DNA from: Antedon mediterranea
Taxonomy: Eukaryota; Animalia; Echinodermata
NCBI RefSeq assembly: GCF_964355755.1
Contig: NC_092676.1
Coordinates: forward strand, 10,579,888 to 10,643,887
Direction of reading: 5' to 3'
Length of the DNA stretch: 64,000 nt
Made by a program: the position numbers and the translations under genes. The notes under the pieces were generated by a model. The model was given only the letters and a program-made list of their open reading frames with translations, was not told where the DNA came from and did no database searches. Below, piece after piece: positions 1 to 14,500 of this stretch (the first letter of the stretch is position 1; every line of letters starts with the position of its first letter).

Positions 1-639
1 GGCGGCAAATTTTTTTCCTAAAATACGAGAGCCTTTAAAACAAACAAGTACATTTTAGTTATAAATGAAATTATTGGAAGGCAGATTTTTTGGTAAATAA
101 AATGTAATAGAGTAGCCAATTATTATTTTTCAATGTAATCATTTATTACTGAATAAAAACAAATATGTGCCAACATCAGTCAATAGACACAGTGCCTATA
201 ATCATTAATAATGTCTGAACGATGTACAATTGCATTGCCTGACGTAGCTAGTTTAAATGAGGAATAAACCGACTACAAAAACAGCATGTACAAGTATAGT
301 CATAGGTGTGTGTTATATATTTTGGTGATCTACAAAATTGATATTTTTCCATAGCTCGACAGACCAACATCGCTTTCAATTTAATGTACTTATGGTCTAA
401 TACAAGTTACCTAATCTGAATTCTAACACAATAGTTAGTTTATATAGTAATAAAAATAATAAAAAGGTATATGGTATTGTAATTAAAATAATATCAATAA
501 TTGGTTAGAAGAAGTAAAGTAATTATTTTTTTACACGAAAACGTCGGCCAAATACCCATAGTTAAAACAGTTAGTTAAAGTTCAAAATGGTTAGGTTAAG
601 CGAGAGAGATCTAAATGTAATTTTATAGTATTTTTGAAA

Positions 640-1165
640 ACAGCCTCGCGTTTTGAAGGTTCGAAGATTTTTTTGGAAAATTCGCGTATTTTGGAAAACT
701 GTGCCTTCGGATAACTTTCTTATTGTAGAAAATTAATAGCACTACAAAACTTGTTTTAAGTTGGATAATTTTCCTAATTTAGAAAATTAATAGTAGCCTC
801 AAGTTGAAGTATTTTGGAACAAGTGCCACAAAAATTATATTGGAGAAATTGTGTATTTAAGCAAATAATTAGCGCCCTCAAGTTGACGTATTTTGGACAA
901 AGCGCGTGTTTTGGAAAATGAATAGCGCCCTCAATTTGACGTATTTTGGACAATTCACCTATTTTGGATAATTTATAGCGCCCTTAAGTTGACGTATTTT
1001 TGGAAAATTACAAGCGGTTCCAAATTGACGTATTTTGGACAATTTGCGTATTTTGGAAAATGAATAGCGCCCTCAAGTCGACGTATTTTGGAAAGACTCG
1101 CGTATTTTGGATTAGTATAGCGCCCTCAACTTGAAGTATTTTGGAAAAAATTTTGCGTATTTTCG
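640..1165. repeat. Degenerate tandem repeat (~60-bp unit made of two GTATTTTGGA sub-repeats)
   Basis: Recurring AGCGCCCTCAAGTTGACGTATTTTGGA and GCGTATTTTGGAAAA. Confidence 0.75.
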
Positions 1166-1639
1166 ACTGAATTTCACCAACCCTATCGCATTAATAAGGC
1201 TTTCCGATCGCTTATGATATTAAATACTGTAAACGTGCAATCCAAACGCCAGAATTTTGATTAATTAATTAATTTGTTTTGAATAGATATTTTCCAAACA
1301 TTATGAAATAGCAAACATTTTGTTTCAAGAAAGTCTACCCTCGACCTAATGGTAGCTATCCCATAACCATCATGATTAAATTCAAATCCTTTTCAAAGAC
1401 AGTATATTTGAAATGAAAAGTCTCGGCGGTTGATGAATGCTTCATGGATTGGTTTGGCAGGAATATCCGCCTAAGGCCTAATCTTGAGAGTTGGCTATCT
1501 TTATCATTGAGATCTCTAAATACATAAAAGGATTTTTAACATTCGATAAACATGAAGCTGGCACGACTGTTTGGTAAAACAATCTTATACCCGCATCGAA
1601 TACTAAACCAATCCAATCAATGCCAAGTATATTCATATT

Positions 1640-2125
1640 TTATAACTATAACATTTGTCAAGACGGAGGTTGTTTATCTGTTTGTTAGAAAGATTACGTC
1701 AACACTGCGCAATATAGATACGTGAATTTCTGAAGTTACTCTTTTTATTCCCAACTGGAAATCATACACCATTACGGCTCAATACACTGCGGCATATATT
1801 TATCTCAAGCAGTAGACGACTAGAAGAACGTATAATTTTTCAACTTTCACTCAACTCTCAAACTCAATGGACTTAATGTATCATTTAAATCATATAGGAA
1901 TTGAGTTATATCTTGTCTATCTGATTGACATGAGTTATTATTATGTAATACCTTTTGTTTGTCAATGCTTTTGTCAATTTGTTATTTGCTTGTTAATTGT
2001 TACACCCAATAGACTCCTTTGTTTTCTAGTGTACCCCTTTTCTATATGTATTCGTCTTTTACCAATACTGTATTCTATCAGTACCTGATGATATCCTATG
2101 GTCGAAAGTACTCGTACAATAAATA
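1640..2125 (+). mobile_element. Decayed Penelope-like element 3' end (GIY-YIG remnant plus pseudo-LTR)
   Basis: Frame SRRLEERIIFNFHSTLKLNGLN (~1811-1877) resembles the PLE endonuclease end; followed by a T-rich UTR, a hammerhead motif and AATAAA. Confidence 0.55.
2081..2117 (+). ncRNA. Minimal type I hammerhead ribozyme motif (stem II degenerate)
   Basis: GTAC-CTGATGA-tatcctatggtc-GAAA-GTAC-TC-GTAC: stem I GTAC/GTAC, palindromic stem III. Confidence 0.65.
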
Positions 2126-2324
2126 TTTTATTTTAAAGCAGAAACAAGAAATTTGTCTGTTTTATCTCAAGCACGTACGTTTTAGACTATTTTAAGCATT
2201 TCGTAAATTCCGTAAATTCACATTTTTCGACCGAATAATCATCACGATTGTAGATCGGTTTTCTCGTTTCACCAATGGCGCAGGTTGGCACTCTCTTATT
2301 TTTCTCGTTATTCTTTAATTCTAG

Positions 2325-2460
2325 ATTTATACCTGAATCGGCAAGATGGTTGATGACCCAAGGTCGTATCGACGAAGCGTTGAGGGCGATAGAGAAAGCA
2401 GCAAAAGTAAATGGGAAGAAATTGCCTGATTTGATATACGATAAACACAATTTTACCGTT
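2325..2460 (+). CDS. SLC22 gene A exon (FIPESARWL...NFTV)
   Basis: ctag acceptor at 2321-2324, gtatgt donor at 2461; SLC22 PESxRWL motif. Confidence 0.92.
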
Positions 2461-5400
2461 GTATGTATTAAATCTTTTTATGTTGCTCAGTAGTTAATTC
2501 TACAAATTTATTACACAGTCAATAAAGAGCTATTCATTAAAAAAAACCAAAAGATTAAACGTAAACTGCTAATATTAAATCTAATTTTTTAGCTTATGGA
2601 ATTTTATTCACTAATTATCGTCTCTACAGTATATAGAATCGAAACTATATTATAAGAGATATTGATGTAATAATAATAATAATTTATTTGGAGATTACAC
2701 TTTTACAACAGTGGCACTCGACCAAATGGAAGGTGCATCCAAGAGAAATATACAAAAAAAAAAAAAAAAAAAACATGATATAGAAAATAACAATTACAAT
2801 AAAAAGTCGACGTAGGTCAACATGTCAAAACAATTCAACTACAGTAACTACAATACCATTGAACTGACACCTAAAAATACAAAATTACAAGAAATAAACA
2901 TATAGAATAGGTAGGAACTGTACAATATAAAATGAATTGGGCAACAACAATGTAGACCTAACACTATAATGAGATAGATATCAATCATTTAGTGAGATAG
3001 ATATCAATCATTTAGTTTGATTGATATGAACATTACTAATAATACGATACATTATTAATAATAATAATAACTAGAATTTAATTCGTCACTTTGACGAATT
3101 ATAGATGATCATTTTTAAAATTTTAATGAAATTAACATCTTTTAAACATGCATGTACGTTAACATACGATTGTAAAAAGTTGATGTACACCATCCTATGA
3201 CATGATGCATATGCGCTTATTATGTGTCATGTATATTATGTACGGTATTATACTGTATATTCATATACAGTGTAGCATAGGTGAAACATTCTTATTTGAT
3301 TGTGAAAATTTATCCTCCATAAGAAATTTTTGTTTTAATAAATTGAAAATGGACTTAATGAAGACTATTTGGATATTTATATTATTGGTTCAACATACCT
3401 ACTGCTAGATAACATATGCTTATATGATTTTTACCAAGATAAAACAATTATCCACATTTTGTACAACGATAATAAATCATTTTTAATGAAAGTTATGGCA
3501 CATAGGAGAGAAACATTGAAAAAACATTTCTACCCCTTAATGAGTTTATTTTTATGTGCTTTATATAATCCGTAGAATGTGAATATTACAATTTAATGAT
3601 AATTACAACGTTCTTAACTTATTTACGGTTTTATTAGCATCTCTCATAATAATATTCATTATTTCTATTTATCTTGACCGTATTGAAATAAATTGGGCTG
3701 TCGCACAACGAAATAGAAAAACAAACATTAATCTGCGAAAAGTGGTAGTAATAGGCCTATACTAAAAGATATAAATGACTTTCTATAGGCTGAAGATGAG
3801 AGTGGTACCATATTAGACCTGTTCAAGACGCCAAACATGAGAAAAAAGACACTTATAATGATGTATAACTGGTAATAATGATTTTTAAACTTTTCCAACT
3901 GTTTTGTAAGTAACAGTGATTTTATTTGTTATTGTTAAATAATCACACTTGTGGCTGAGTAAGTAAACTATACTTTGCAGTACTGTAGCCTGTTCTTATC
4001 ATTAAACCTATAACATTAATGCGATATTATGTGTATAAGGTTTACACACAAGCTCCAATTTTGAAGTGTTAAAACTACTGTACAACCAGGTAAGGCAAAA
4101 TTCATTAATTGTTGTCTAAATTACAGGTTTGTTGTTGCTTGCGTTTATTATGGGCTGTCACTTAGTACATCGACGCTTGGAGTTAATGATTACATTGCGT
4201 TTTGGATATCTGGCATTGTAGAAATACCAGCCTGTTTACTTTGTATGTTTGTTGTTGACAAATTTGGGAGGAGGTGGAGCCTATGTTATACTATGCTAAT
4301 TGGTGGCGTGGCCTGTATTTTGACTATTTGGACACGTGAGTTTTTAAATTTTTTTTGTATAGGCCCTATTCATAATAATTAATGGATTATAGTGTAAAGT
4401 CGTTTATGCAAAAATACAATATGGTAACATCATTAGGATAAGACAATCAATTAAAGCAAAAAACACTCTCCGTATGAGAATGACACAACATAGATCAGCT
4501 ATCAAAACATTAAAGCTTGATCAACCTGTAGCCGAACATTTTAATTCAGCTGGTCACTCGATTGCAAATTTCAGTGTTATTGCAATAGACCACGATGTCA
4601 AATGGAGCGACAAAACTCGCAAAGACAAAGAAAACCACTGGGAATTACTACTTAAAACCACAAAACCTTTTGGACTTAACATTAGGAACATACTCCCAGA
4701 TCGGTAAAATTATTCCATTGACTACCAACATTTAAATTTCAATATTAACCACCATTTTAGCTTTTTTTACTTCCATTCCAAAATTGTTTATATCTCTACC
4801 AAGCTACCTTCTTTGTTTTTCTACTCTTATTCAGTCTCCACCCACTATTCAACACGCGCTGTTTCTATTGTTATATTTCTTTTATTCCTGTCCACCCAGG
4901 CAGTACTTGCCAACTCATATGCTATGACTTTATCCAAATTCCTTCACTTGCACTGATGAAGGGCTAGTGTTGCCCGAAAGCTCTACTAACTTTTCTGGCT
5001 GTTTACTTTATCGTTTTGATTTAGCTTTTCGCTTTTTTTTGTATCTCTATTGAGATCCAGCCACTGATACCCACAGCATTGTCATTTATATATTATATAA
5101 TATATATATTATATTGTCATATATATATATATATATATATATATAAATCATACTGTAAATTATAGAAACAGTGCTCATATTCGGAACATGATCTCATAAT
5201 CGCGTCGAGCATAGCTCATTGGCGAAAGTTCCATATTTTTTAGTTGTATGAAAAAATGTCTCTGGCTGGATTCGAACCTGCAACCTCTCGCTTACAGGGC
5301 GAGTATCATACCACTAGACCACAGAGCCTTGTATGGTATTATCACAGATTTTCACCCACCAGATACATTCTCTCATACAACAAACGCCCTCACAATCAGT

Positions 5401-5481
5401 GGAGGCTTAACAAGTCAGAATAAATTCCAACTTTAATTCGCAACGGTTTTTTAAATAATATTGTGTATATGTAAATCAATG

Positions 5482-5524
<43 letters not shown>

Positions 5525-8500
5525 TCACAATGGACTTTTTACTGCCTGTGTGAGCGCATAATGGCATTTGACCTGCTTGTGTAAGATCACAATGGCATGC
5601 GTTCTGCCGCCATGAGAGCACATTGGCAGTTGTCCTGCGTGTGTGAGGCCCTTTGGCATTTACCTGCTGGCATTTACCTGCTTGGACCATGGCATCGGAC
5701 CTGCTCCAGTTGAGAGGTGTGGACAATTTCGAACGCGTTTGCTATACGTCGGCAACGTTATGATTTCTCTTTGGCATTTACCTGCTGACTTTCAGGCTCT
5801 GCATTAACTATATTTTTGGAAAAGTAAATAAACAAAGAGTCCGATCTTCCTCCATTCGATGCGAAGATTAAAATTGAGTTGGGTTTTGTTAGTAAGAGGT
5901 AAGAAAAATAAAATACATCTATTTTCTGATTACATCATACTGACTGCTAGGCTAATAAAGTACATTTTAGGCAAGGCCTATCATAGAGAAGATGGTATAT
6001 AGAATAGGCCTAGCCTAGGCTAGACTATGCTAGCCTACTAACTAGGCCTAGGCCTAGTAGTAGGACTAATAGGCATAGGGCTGGGATGCTAGGTAAGGCG
6101 CCTACCTAACACAGGCCTTAGTTTAGGGGTGCCTGCCCTAAAGGCCTACGCTGGCTAGCTTGCTCTGCCTATGTAGTATTGCATGCTTACTGATTTTTCT
6201 TTGTTTTTATTTGCAGAAATTCAATATAGGCCTATTTATATACTGCCTGACCAAGTTTCTGAGAATTTATGAACCATCAAACTGTACACAGTACCTTTGC
6301 ATACACACATTATAGGCCTTACTAGGCCTAATATAATATAATTATTGTTAGCGACATTAATTACAAATAAATAATGTAATGTTAAATTATATAGGCTAGG
6401 CCTAGTCTTAAATGTATACCGGTACTGTATATTCAAAATTGTGTAGGCTACTACTTTTACTTATTTATATTATTTTAATATATCCCAAATAAACGAATTC
6501 ATAAGTATAACATTCAATTTCTGCCAAGAACTACGCTACTCTACACACTAAATAAAATTATATATATTTTTAAATGTCTAATTTTAAAATTTGACTAATT
6601 TTGTTTATGAATTATGTCTGTGTTACTGTGTGCAAATGTTGTATAATCATTTGTTTCAAATTAAGTATTCTGATGTGTAGGTCTTACAATGATCTAGTTC
6701 AAATGTTTTCTAACATCAATTTTTTATTTGTAATATTTCAGCATTTAATGTCGTTTTTAATAATATATAGGCCTATGGCCTTTGTTTAATGTAAACTTTT
6801 AATGTAAATCAAATTGTATAGAGTATTTTTATGGCAATCTTTTACACTGGAATAAATGAAAATGAATAATAAATGAAAATGAATAATAAATGAAAAATGA
6901 AAATAGTAAATTAATGTAATATATTATTGTATGAACATTAATTTTTGTTGGTACATATAACTCTGAATTGATAATTAAAAAGCAATCAAAGTAGTCATTT
7001 TTTGCTGTATTTTCACTAATCCAAGCAGTAATTGTTATATCAATTTGAATATAAATAAAAATAAGCATTTTGAATCAAATTTAGATTTATTCTTGTGTTT
7101 AAAAGAGTGTGTTGTATGGTATTATTAGTTTAGGGGTCGTTGCCACTTTTGCCTTATTTATTATTATTTTTTGAAGAATTGTAGGTAAAACGTAATCATG
7201 GTGAAGTTAGCATGCAGCTGATAGACAAAAAGAAACAACTCCATCCATGTGATAAAGTCAAACTCCACGCTCAACCATATGCTTTAACGTGCAACCACTA
7301 AATTTCAATCTTCTTATCTGTAGCTATATACACTTATACATCCTTTGATAAATCAACAATTTTATATTTAGAAAATGGATTTGATCAGGTTTAGGCCTAC
7401 AAATAATTAAAGATGTTAATTCAATATTTATTTTTTTAAACTTTATTTATTCACTTTGTTTATTTAATCACAAATAGCAATATAATTCAATTAAAAAAAA
7501 TTTTACTAAAATATCACAAACAACAAAACAAACAAACAAATATCTATAAACTACTCAAAAGAATTTTAGTTTGTTGCAAAATATTAATAAAACATAAATG
7601 TTCATTATACAAAATAATACAATAGTAAACTTCCATTTTATTGAGTAATGTTCTCATCATAGTACTTTGTAAGAAGACTCTGTTCAACTACATGCTTTTC
7701 CACTAAGGGTTACATTATGTAAGTTCCACCAATCCAGGTGCTCTTTCATATCTGTCCTCTATATGTATGTGGGCCATGTTTTGGAAGACTCAATCTACTA
7801 CCAGAACAAGTGAGCCTCGAAACTGTAGAAATATGGATTATGGTGCTGGTGTAATGCTGTTTTGCTGCATTTGAATCATTCTATGCAAATGCTGCAAAGA
7901 CCAAACATCAACTAACTGTGGGTAGAAAAAGAAAATAAACATGTTGAGAGTTCATTTTAAAAGACTAAAATAACTAACTTCAATTGTTTTAACAATGTCA
8001 ATTTCTACATTTCTGTTTCCAGTCAAGTTAGTTTCTGATTGGCCTACATAGTTTTCACTATATTCTAATTGTAAGGATTTTATATTTGGTTTAATCAATT
8101 GCTTAGAACTTGTTTTGCACTTTATTTCATGAATATGGGTGGTTGGTTTTAATTGAGATAATTAAAAGTATCATACCAACATATATATAATTATGTAGGC
8201 CTATTTCCGTTCTTCTTGGTGTTTGGTATTTATTTTTCTTCATCTTCTTTCCCATTCAGTTTCTAATTATCTTGGTCACTGCTTCCATACAACTAAAATT
8301 AAACAGTAATAATATGAATGTGTTCTCAGCAAATCGAATGTTATCTCATATTATGTACATTGAAAAAAAATTATTAATTATCAACTAAACTTACTATTAA
8401 ACTAAAAAATAACTAATTAATCATCTGCATCTACTATTATCAAATCAAGTAAACATTACAGATAGATCAACTACATTTATTGTGTTTAAATCAACTAAAC

Positions 8501-11500
8501 ATCTCAAATCAAATAAGTAATCCCTGACTCATCAACTACCTATGGTGTGTTTAAACCAACTAAACAATTACTAATTATCCACTACACTCAAATAAACTAA
8601 ACTATTGATGTTTAAAAACTATGTTTATTATGTTCAAATCTACTAAACAATTACCAATTATCTATTTATCAGCTACACCTACTAATTATCATCAAATTAA
8701 CTAAACAACTACTGGTTATTAAACTACATTTGTTATGATTAAATCAACTGAAATTACTAATTATCAACTACATTATTATTATCAAATAAACTAACCTATT
8801 GCTTTGTAATCAACTATGTCTATTGTGTTTAAATCTACTAAACAATTATTAATTATCAACTACACCTATCATCAAATCAATTAAACAATAAAACTTATCA
8901 ACTATATCTACCATCACCAAATCAACTACTGATTAATAAACTAAATGTATTAGGTTTAAATAAACATGACTAATTATCAACTATATTTACTATAAAGTAA
9001 ACAATTAATGAATAATCAACTACATGTATTATGTTTATATTTAAACCAACTAAACTAAACTGCATTCCTCTGTTTATATTAGTCCTACAACCAATAAATC
9101 AAACTACATTGTTGTGTTTAATTTTATCCTAAAGCAACCAATTAAACTGAACTGCATTCATCTGTTTATATTTGTCCTACAACCAATAAATCAAACTACA
9201 TTGTTTTGTTTAATTTTATCATCAAGCAACCAACTAAACTGAACTGCATTCATCTGTTTATATTTGTCCTACAACCAATAAATCAAACTACATTGTTTTG
9301 TTTAATTTTATCATCAAGCAACCAACTAAACTGAACTGCATTCATCTGTTTATATTTGTCCTACAACCAATAGATCAAACTACATTGTTTTGTTTAATTT
9401 TATCATCAAGCAACCAACTAAACTGAACTGCATTCATCTGTTTATATTTGTCCTACAACCAATAAATCAAACTACATTGTTTTGTTTAATTTTATCATCA
9501 AGCAACCAACTAAACTAAACTGCATTCCTCTGTTTATATTTGTCATACAACCAATAAATCAAACTACATTGTTTTGTTTAATTTTATCATCAAGCAACCA
9601 ACTAAACTGAACTGCATTCATCTGTTTATATTTGTCCTACAACCAATAGATCAAACTACATTTTTGTTTTTTATTTTGTCCTACAACAATTACCTAAACT
9701 GAACTGCATTCATCTGTTTATATTTGTCCTATAACCAGTAGATCAAACTACATTGTTGTGTTTAATTTTCTCCTAAAACAACCAACTAAACTGAACTGCA
9801 TTCTTCTGTTTATATTTGTCCTACAACCAATAAATCAAACTACATTGTTGTGTTTAATTTTATCCTAAAGCAACCAATTAAACTGAACTGTATTCATCTG
9901 TTTATATTTGTCCTACAACCAATAGAAACAACTACATTGTTGTGTTTAATTTTGTCCTAAAACAACCAACTAAGCTGAACTGCATTCCTCTGTTTATATT
10001 TGTCCTACAACCAATAGATCAAACTACATTGTTTTGTTTAATTTTGTCCTAAAGCAACCAACTAAACTGAACTGTATTGCTGTCTACATTTGTCCCACAA
10101 TCAACTAAAATAAACTTTAATTCCTCTGTTTAATTTTGGTATAAATCAACCAACTAAACTGAACTGTATTGCTGTCTACATTTGTCCCACAATCAACTAA
10201 ACTAAACTTTAATTCCTCTGTTTAATTTTGGTATAAATCAACCAACTAAACTGAACTGTATTGCTGTCTATATTTGTCCCACAATCAACTAAACTAAACT
10301 TTAATTCCTCTGTTTAATTTTGGTATAAATCAACCAACTAAACTGAACTCTATTGCTGTCTATATTTGTCCCACAATCAACTAAATTAAACTATTATTCC
10401 TCTGTTTAATTTTGGCATAAATCAACCAACTAAACTGAACTGCATTCCTCTGTTTAATTTTGTCCTAAAACAACACTGACTAATTATCAACCAATTATCA
10501 CAATTAATAATTATCAACTACACTTTCTATCATCAAATCAATTTAACAATTACTTATTAATCGACTACATTTATTGTGTTTAAATCAAATGAAAACTTGA
10601 AAATTACTAACTACATTTATTGTGTTGATAAGATGATCAGCTACATCTACAATCTAAACAAGTAAACAATTATTAAAGATGTATTGTCCCTTGAAACACA
10701 AAAAAATGAAGGTCAAAATGTTCTAAATTTAAAGTGGCCATATCAAAGTAATTTTAAAGTTATTCACTTTAAGTCGAAAATTTAAGCCAAAACAACAAGT
10801 TTACGTAATTAACAGGTAAATTAGTTTGATTACATTTCATCTGGAAAATCATCACGAGCGAAAGTAAACAAAGATTTCAAACCATGAGTACGCATTATGC
10901 ATATGCTAAATTAGGATTGTTTACAACTCATCGCGGTTAAGAAGGTATTTTCACACAGATCATTAGGAAGTTTTATGATTATGCATACAGAGTAGCCAAA
11001 CAAGCGCGTTTCATTATGGGATATGTTTTGATTGAAAACTTTGACTGGAAGTCAAAGTTATTTTTTTAACAAAAAAACGTCTGTATTTCAGTTAAATTTT
11101 TTTTTTTTTCGAAACATTTTTGGTGATAGTTAATAACTATTATGATACTTCAAAATGACCCACCTTTTTTTCGAAATCTTTTATTTTTTATTTTTTTGGA
11201 ATTAGTCAAAGGGACAATACATCTTTAACTAATAAACTACATTTAAAACGTTTAAATCAACTAAACAGTTACTAATTCTTAACTACATCTGCTATCATCA
11301 AATAAACTAAACACTGACTAATTATCAACAATATCTACTGTCATAAAATCAAGTGAATACTTCCTGAATATTAAACTACATTTATTGTGTTTAAATCAAC
11401 TAAACAATGACTAATTATCAACTACATTATTAAATATCAAATAAACTAACCTATTGCTGTTTAATCAACTAAGTCTATTGTGTTTAAATCTACTAAACAA

Positions 11501-14500
11501 TTAATAATTATCAACTACACCTATCATCAAATCAATTAAACAATAATACTTATCAACGATATCTACTATCACCAAATCAACTAAACAACTACTGATTAAT
11601 AAACTAAATGTATTACGTTTAAATAAACAATGACCAATTATCAACTATATTTACTATAAAGTAAACAATTATTGAATAATCAACTACATGTATTATGTTT
11701 ATATTTAAACCAACTAAACTAAACTGCATTCATCTGTTTATATTAGTCCTACAACCAATAAATCAAACTACATTGTTGTGTTTAATTTTGTCCTAAAACA
11801 ACCAACTAAACTGAACTGCATTCCTCTGTTCATATTTGTCCTACAACAATAGATCAAACTACATTGTTGTGTTTAATTTTATCCTACATCAATTAACTAA
11901 ACTGAACTGCCTTCCCCTGTTTATATTTGTCTTACAACCAGTAGATCAAACTACATTGTTGTGTTTAATTTTTTCCTACAACAATTACCTAAACTGAACT
12001 GCATTCATCTCTTTATATTTGTCCTACAACAACAGATCAAACTACATTGTTGTGTTTAATTTTATCCTAAAGCAACCAACTAAACTGAACTGCATTCATC
12101 TGTTTATATTTGTCCTACAACAACATATCAAACTACATTGTTGTGTTTAATTTTGTCCTACAACAATTACCTAAACTGAACTGTATTCATCTGTTTATAT
12201 TTGTCCTACAACTAATAGATCAAACTACATTGTTGTGTTTAATTTTGTCCTACAACAATTAACTAAACTGAACTGCATTCCCCTGTTTATATTTGTCTTA
12301 CAACCAGTAGATCAAACTATATTGTTGTGTTTAATTTTTTCCTACAACAATTACCTAAACTGAACTGCATTCATCTGTTTATATTTGTCCTACAACAACA
12401 GATCAAACTACATTGTTGTGTTTAATTTTATCCTAAAGCAACCAACTAAACTGAACTGCATTCATCTGTTTATATTTGTCCTACAACAACAGATCAAACT
12501 ACATTGTTGTGTTTAAATTTATCCTAAAGCAACCAACTAAACTGAACTGTATTCATCTGTTTATATTTGTCCTACAACAACAGATCAAACTACATTGTTG
12601 TGTTTAATTTTATCCTAAAGCAACCAACTAAACTGAACTGCATTCATCTGTTTATATTTGTCCTACAAACAATAAATCAAACTACATTGTTGTGCTTAAT
12701 TTTATCCTAAAACAACCAACTAAACTGAACTGCATTCATCTGTTTATATTTGTCTTACAACCAATAGATCAAACTACTTTGTTGTGTTTAATTTTGGTAT
12801 AAATCAATCAACTAAACTGAACTGTATTGCTGTCTACATTTGTCCCACACTCAACTAAACTAAACTTTAATTTCTCTGTTTAATTGGCATAAATCAACTA
12901 CCTAAACTGAACTGCATTCATCTGTTTATATGTGTCCTACAAATAATAGATCAAACTACATTGTTGTGTTTAATTTTGTCCTACAACAATTACCTAAACT
13001 GAACTGCATTCATCTGTTTATATTTGTCTTACAACCAATAAATCAAACTACATTGTTGTGTTTAATTTTGTCCTAAAGCAACGAGCTAAACTGAACTGCA
13101 TTCATCTGTTTATATTTGTCCTACAAACAATAGATCAAACTACTTTGATGTGTTTAATTTTGTCCTACAACAATTACCTAAACTGAACTGCATTCATCTG
13201 TTTATATTTGTCTTACAACCAGTAGATCAAACTACTTTGTTGTGTTTAATTTTGTCCTAAAACAACCAACTAAACTGAACTGCATTCATCTGTTTATATT
13301 TGTCCTACAACCAATAGATCAAACTACATTGTTGTGTTTAATTTTGTCCTAAATCAACCAACTAAACGGAACTGTATTGCTGTCTACATTTGTCTCACAA
13401 TCAACTAAACTAAAGTTTAATTCCTCTGTTAAATTTTGGCATAAATCAACTAACCAAACTGCACTGCATTCCTCTGTTTAATTTTGGTATAAATCAACCA
13501 ACTAAACTGAAATGTATTGCTGTCTACATTTGTCCCACAATCAACTAAACTAAACTTTAATTCCTTTGTATAATTTTGGCATAAATCAACTAACTAAACT
13601 GCACTGCATTCCTCTGTTTCATTTTGGTATAAATCAACCAACTAAACTGAACTGTATTGCTGTCTACATTTGTCCCACACTCAACTAAATTAACTTTAAT
13701 TTCTCTGTTTAATTGGCATAAATCAACAAACTAAACTGAACTGCATTCCTCTGTTTAATTTTGGTATAAATCAACCAACTAAACTAAACTGTATTGCTGT
13801 CTACATTTGTCCCACACTCAACTAAACTAAACTTTAATTTCTCTGTTTAATTGGCATAAATCAACTACCTAAACTGAACTGCATTCATCTGTTCATATTT
13901 GTCCTACAACAATAGATCAAACTACATTGTTGTGTTTAATTTTATCCTACATCAATTAACTAAACTGAACTGCCTTCCCCTGTTTATATTTGTCTTACAA
14001 CCAGTAGATCAAACTACATTGTTGTGTTTAATTTTTTCCTACAACAATTACCTAAACTGAACTGCATTCATCTCTTTATATTTGTCCTACAACAACAGAT
14101 CAAACTACATTGTTGTGTTTAATTTTATCCTAAAGCAACCAACTAAACTGAACTGCATTCATCTGTTTATATTTGTCCTACAACAACATATCAAACTACA
14201 TTGTTGTGTTTAATTTTGTCCTACAACAATTACCTAAACTGAACTGTATTCATCTGTTTATATTTGTCCTACAACTAATAGATCAAACTACATTGTTGTG
14301 TTTAATTTTGTCCTACAACAATTAACTAAACTGAACTGCATTCCCCTGTTTATATTTGTCTTACAACCAGTAGATCAAACTATATTGTTGTGTTTAATTT
14401 TTTCCTACAACAATTACCTAAACTGAACTGCATTCATCTGTTTATATTTGTCCTACAACAACAGATCAAACTACATTGTTGTGTTTAATTTTATCCTAAA

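Noticed and set aside
5531-5704. CRISPR-like repeat/spacer appearance
   Set aside because: Repeats are only ~14 bp and degenerate, the context is eukaryotic, there are no cas genes, and the motifs are mirrored at the other end of the element
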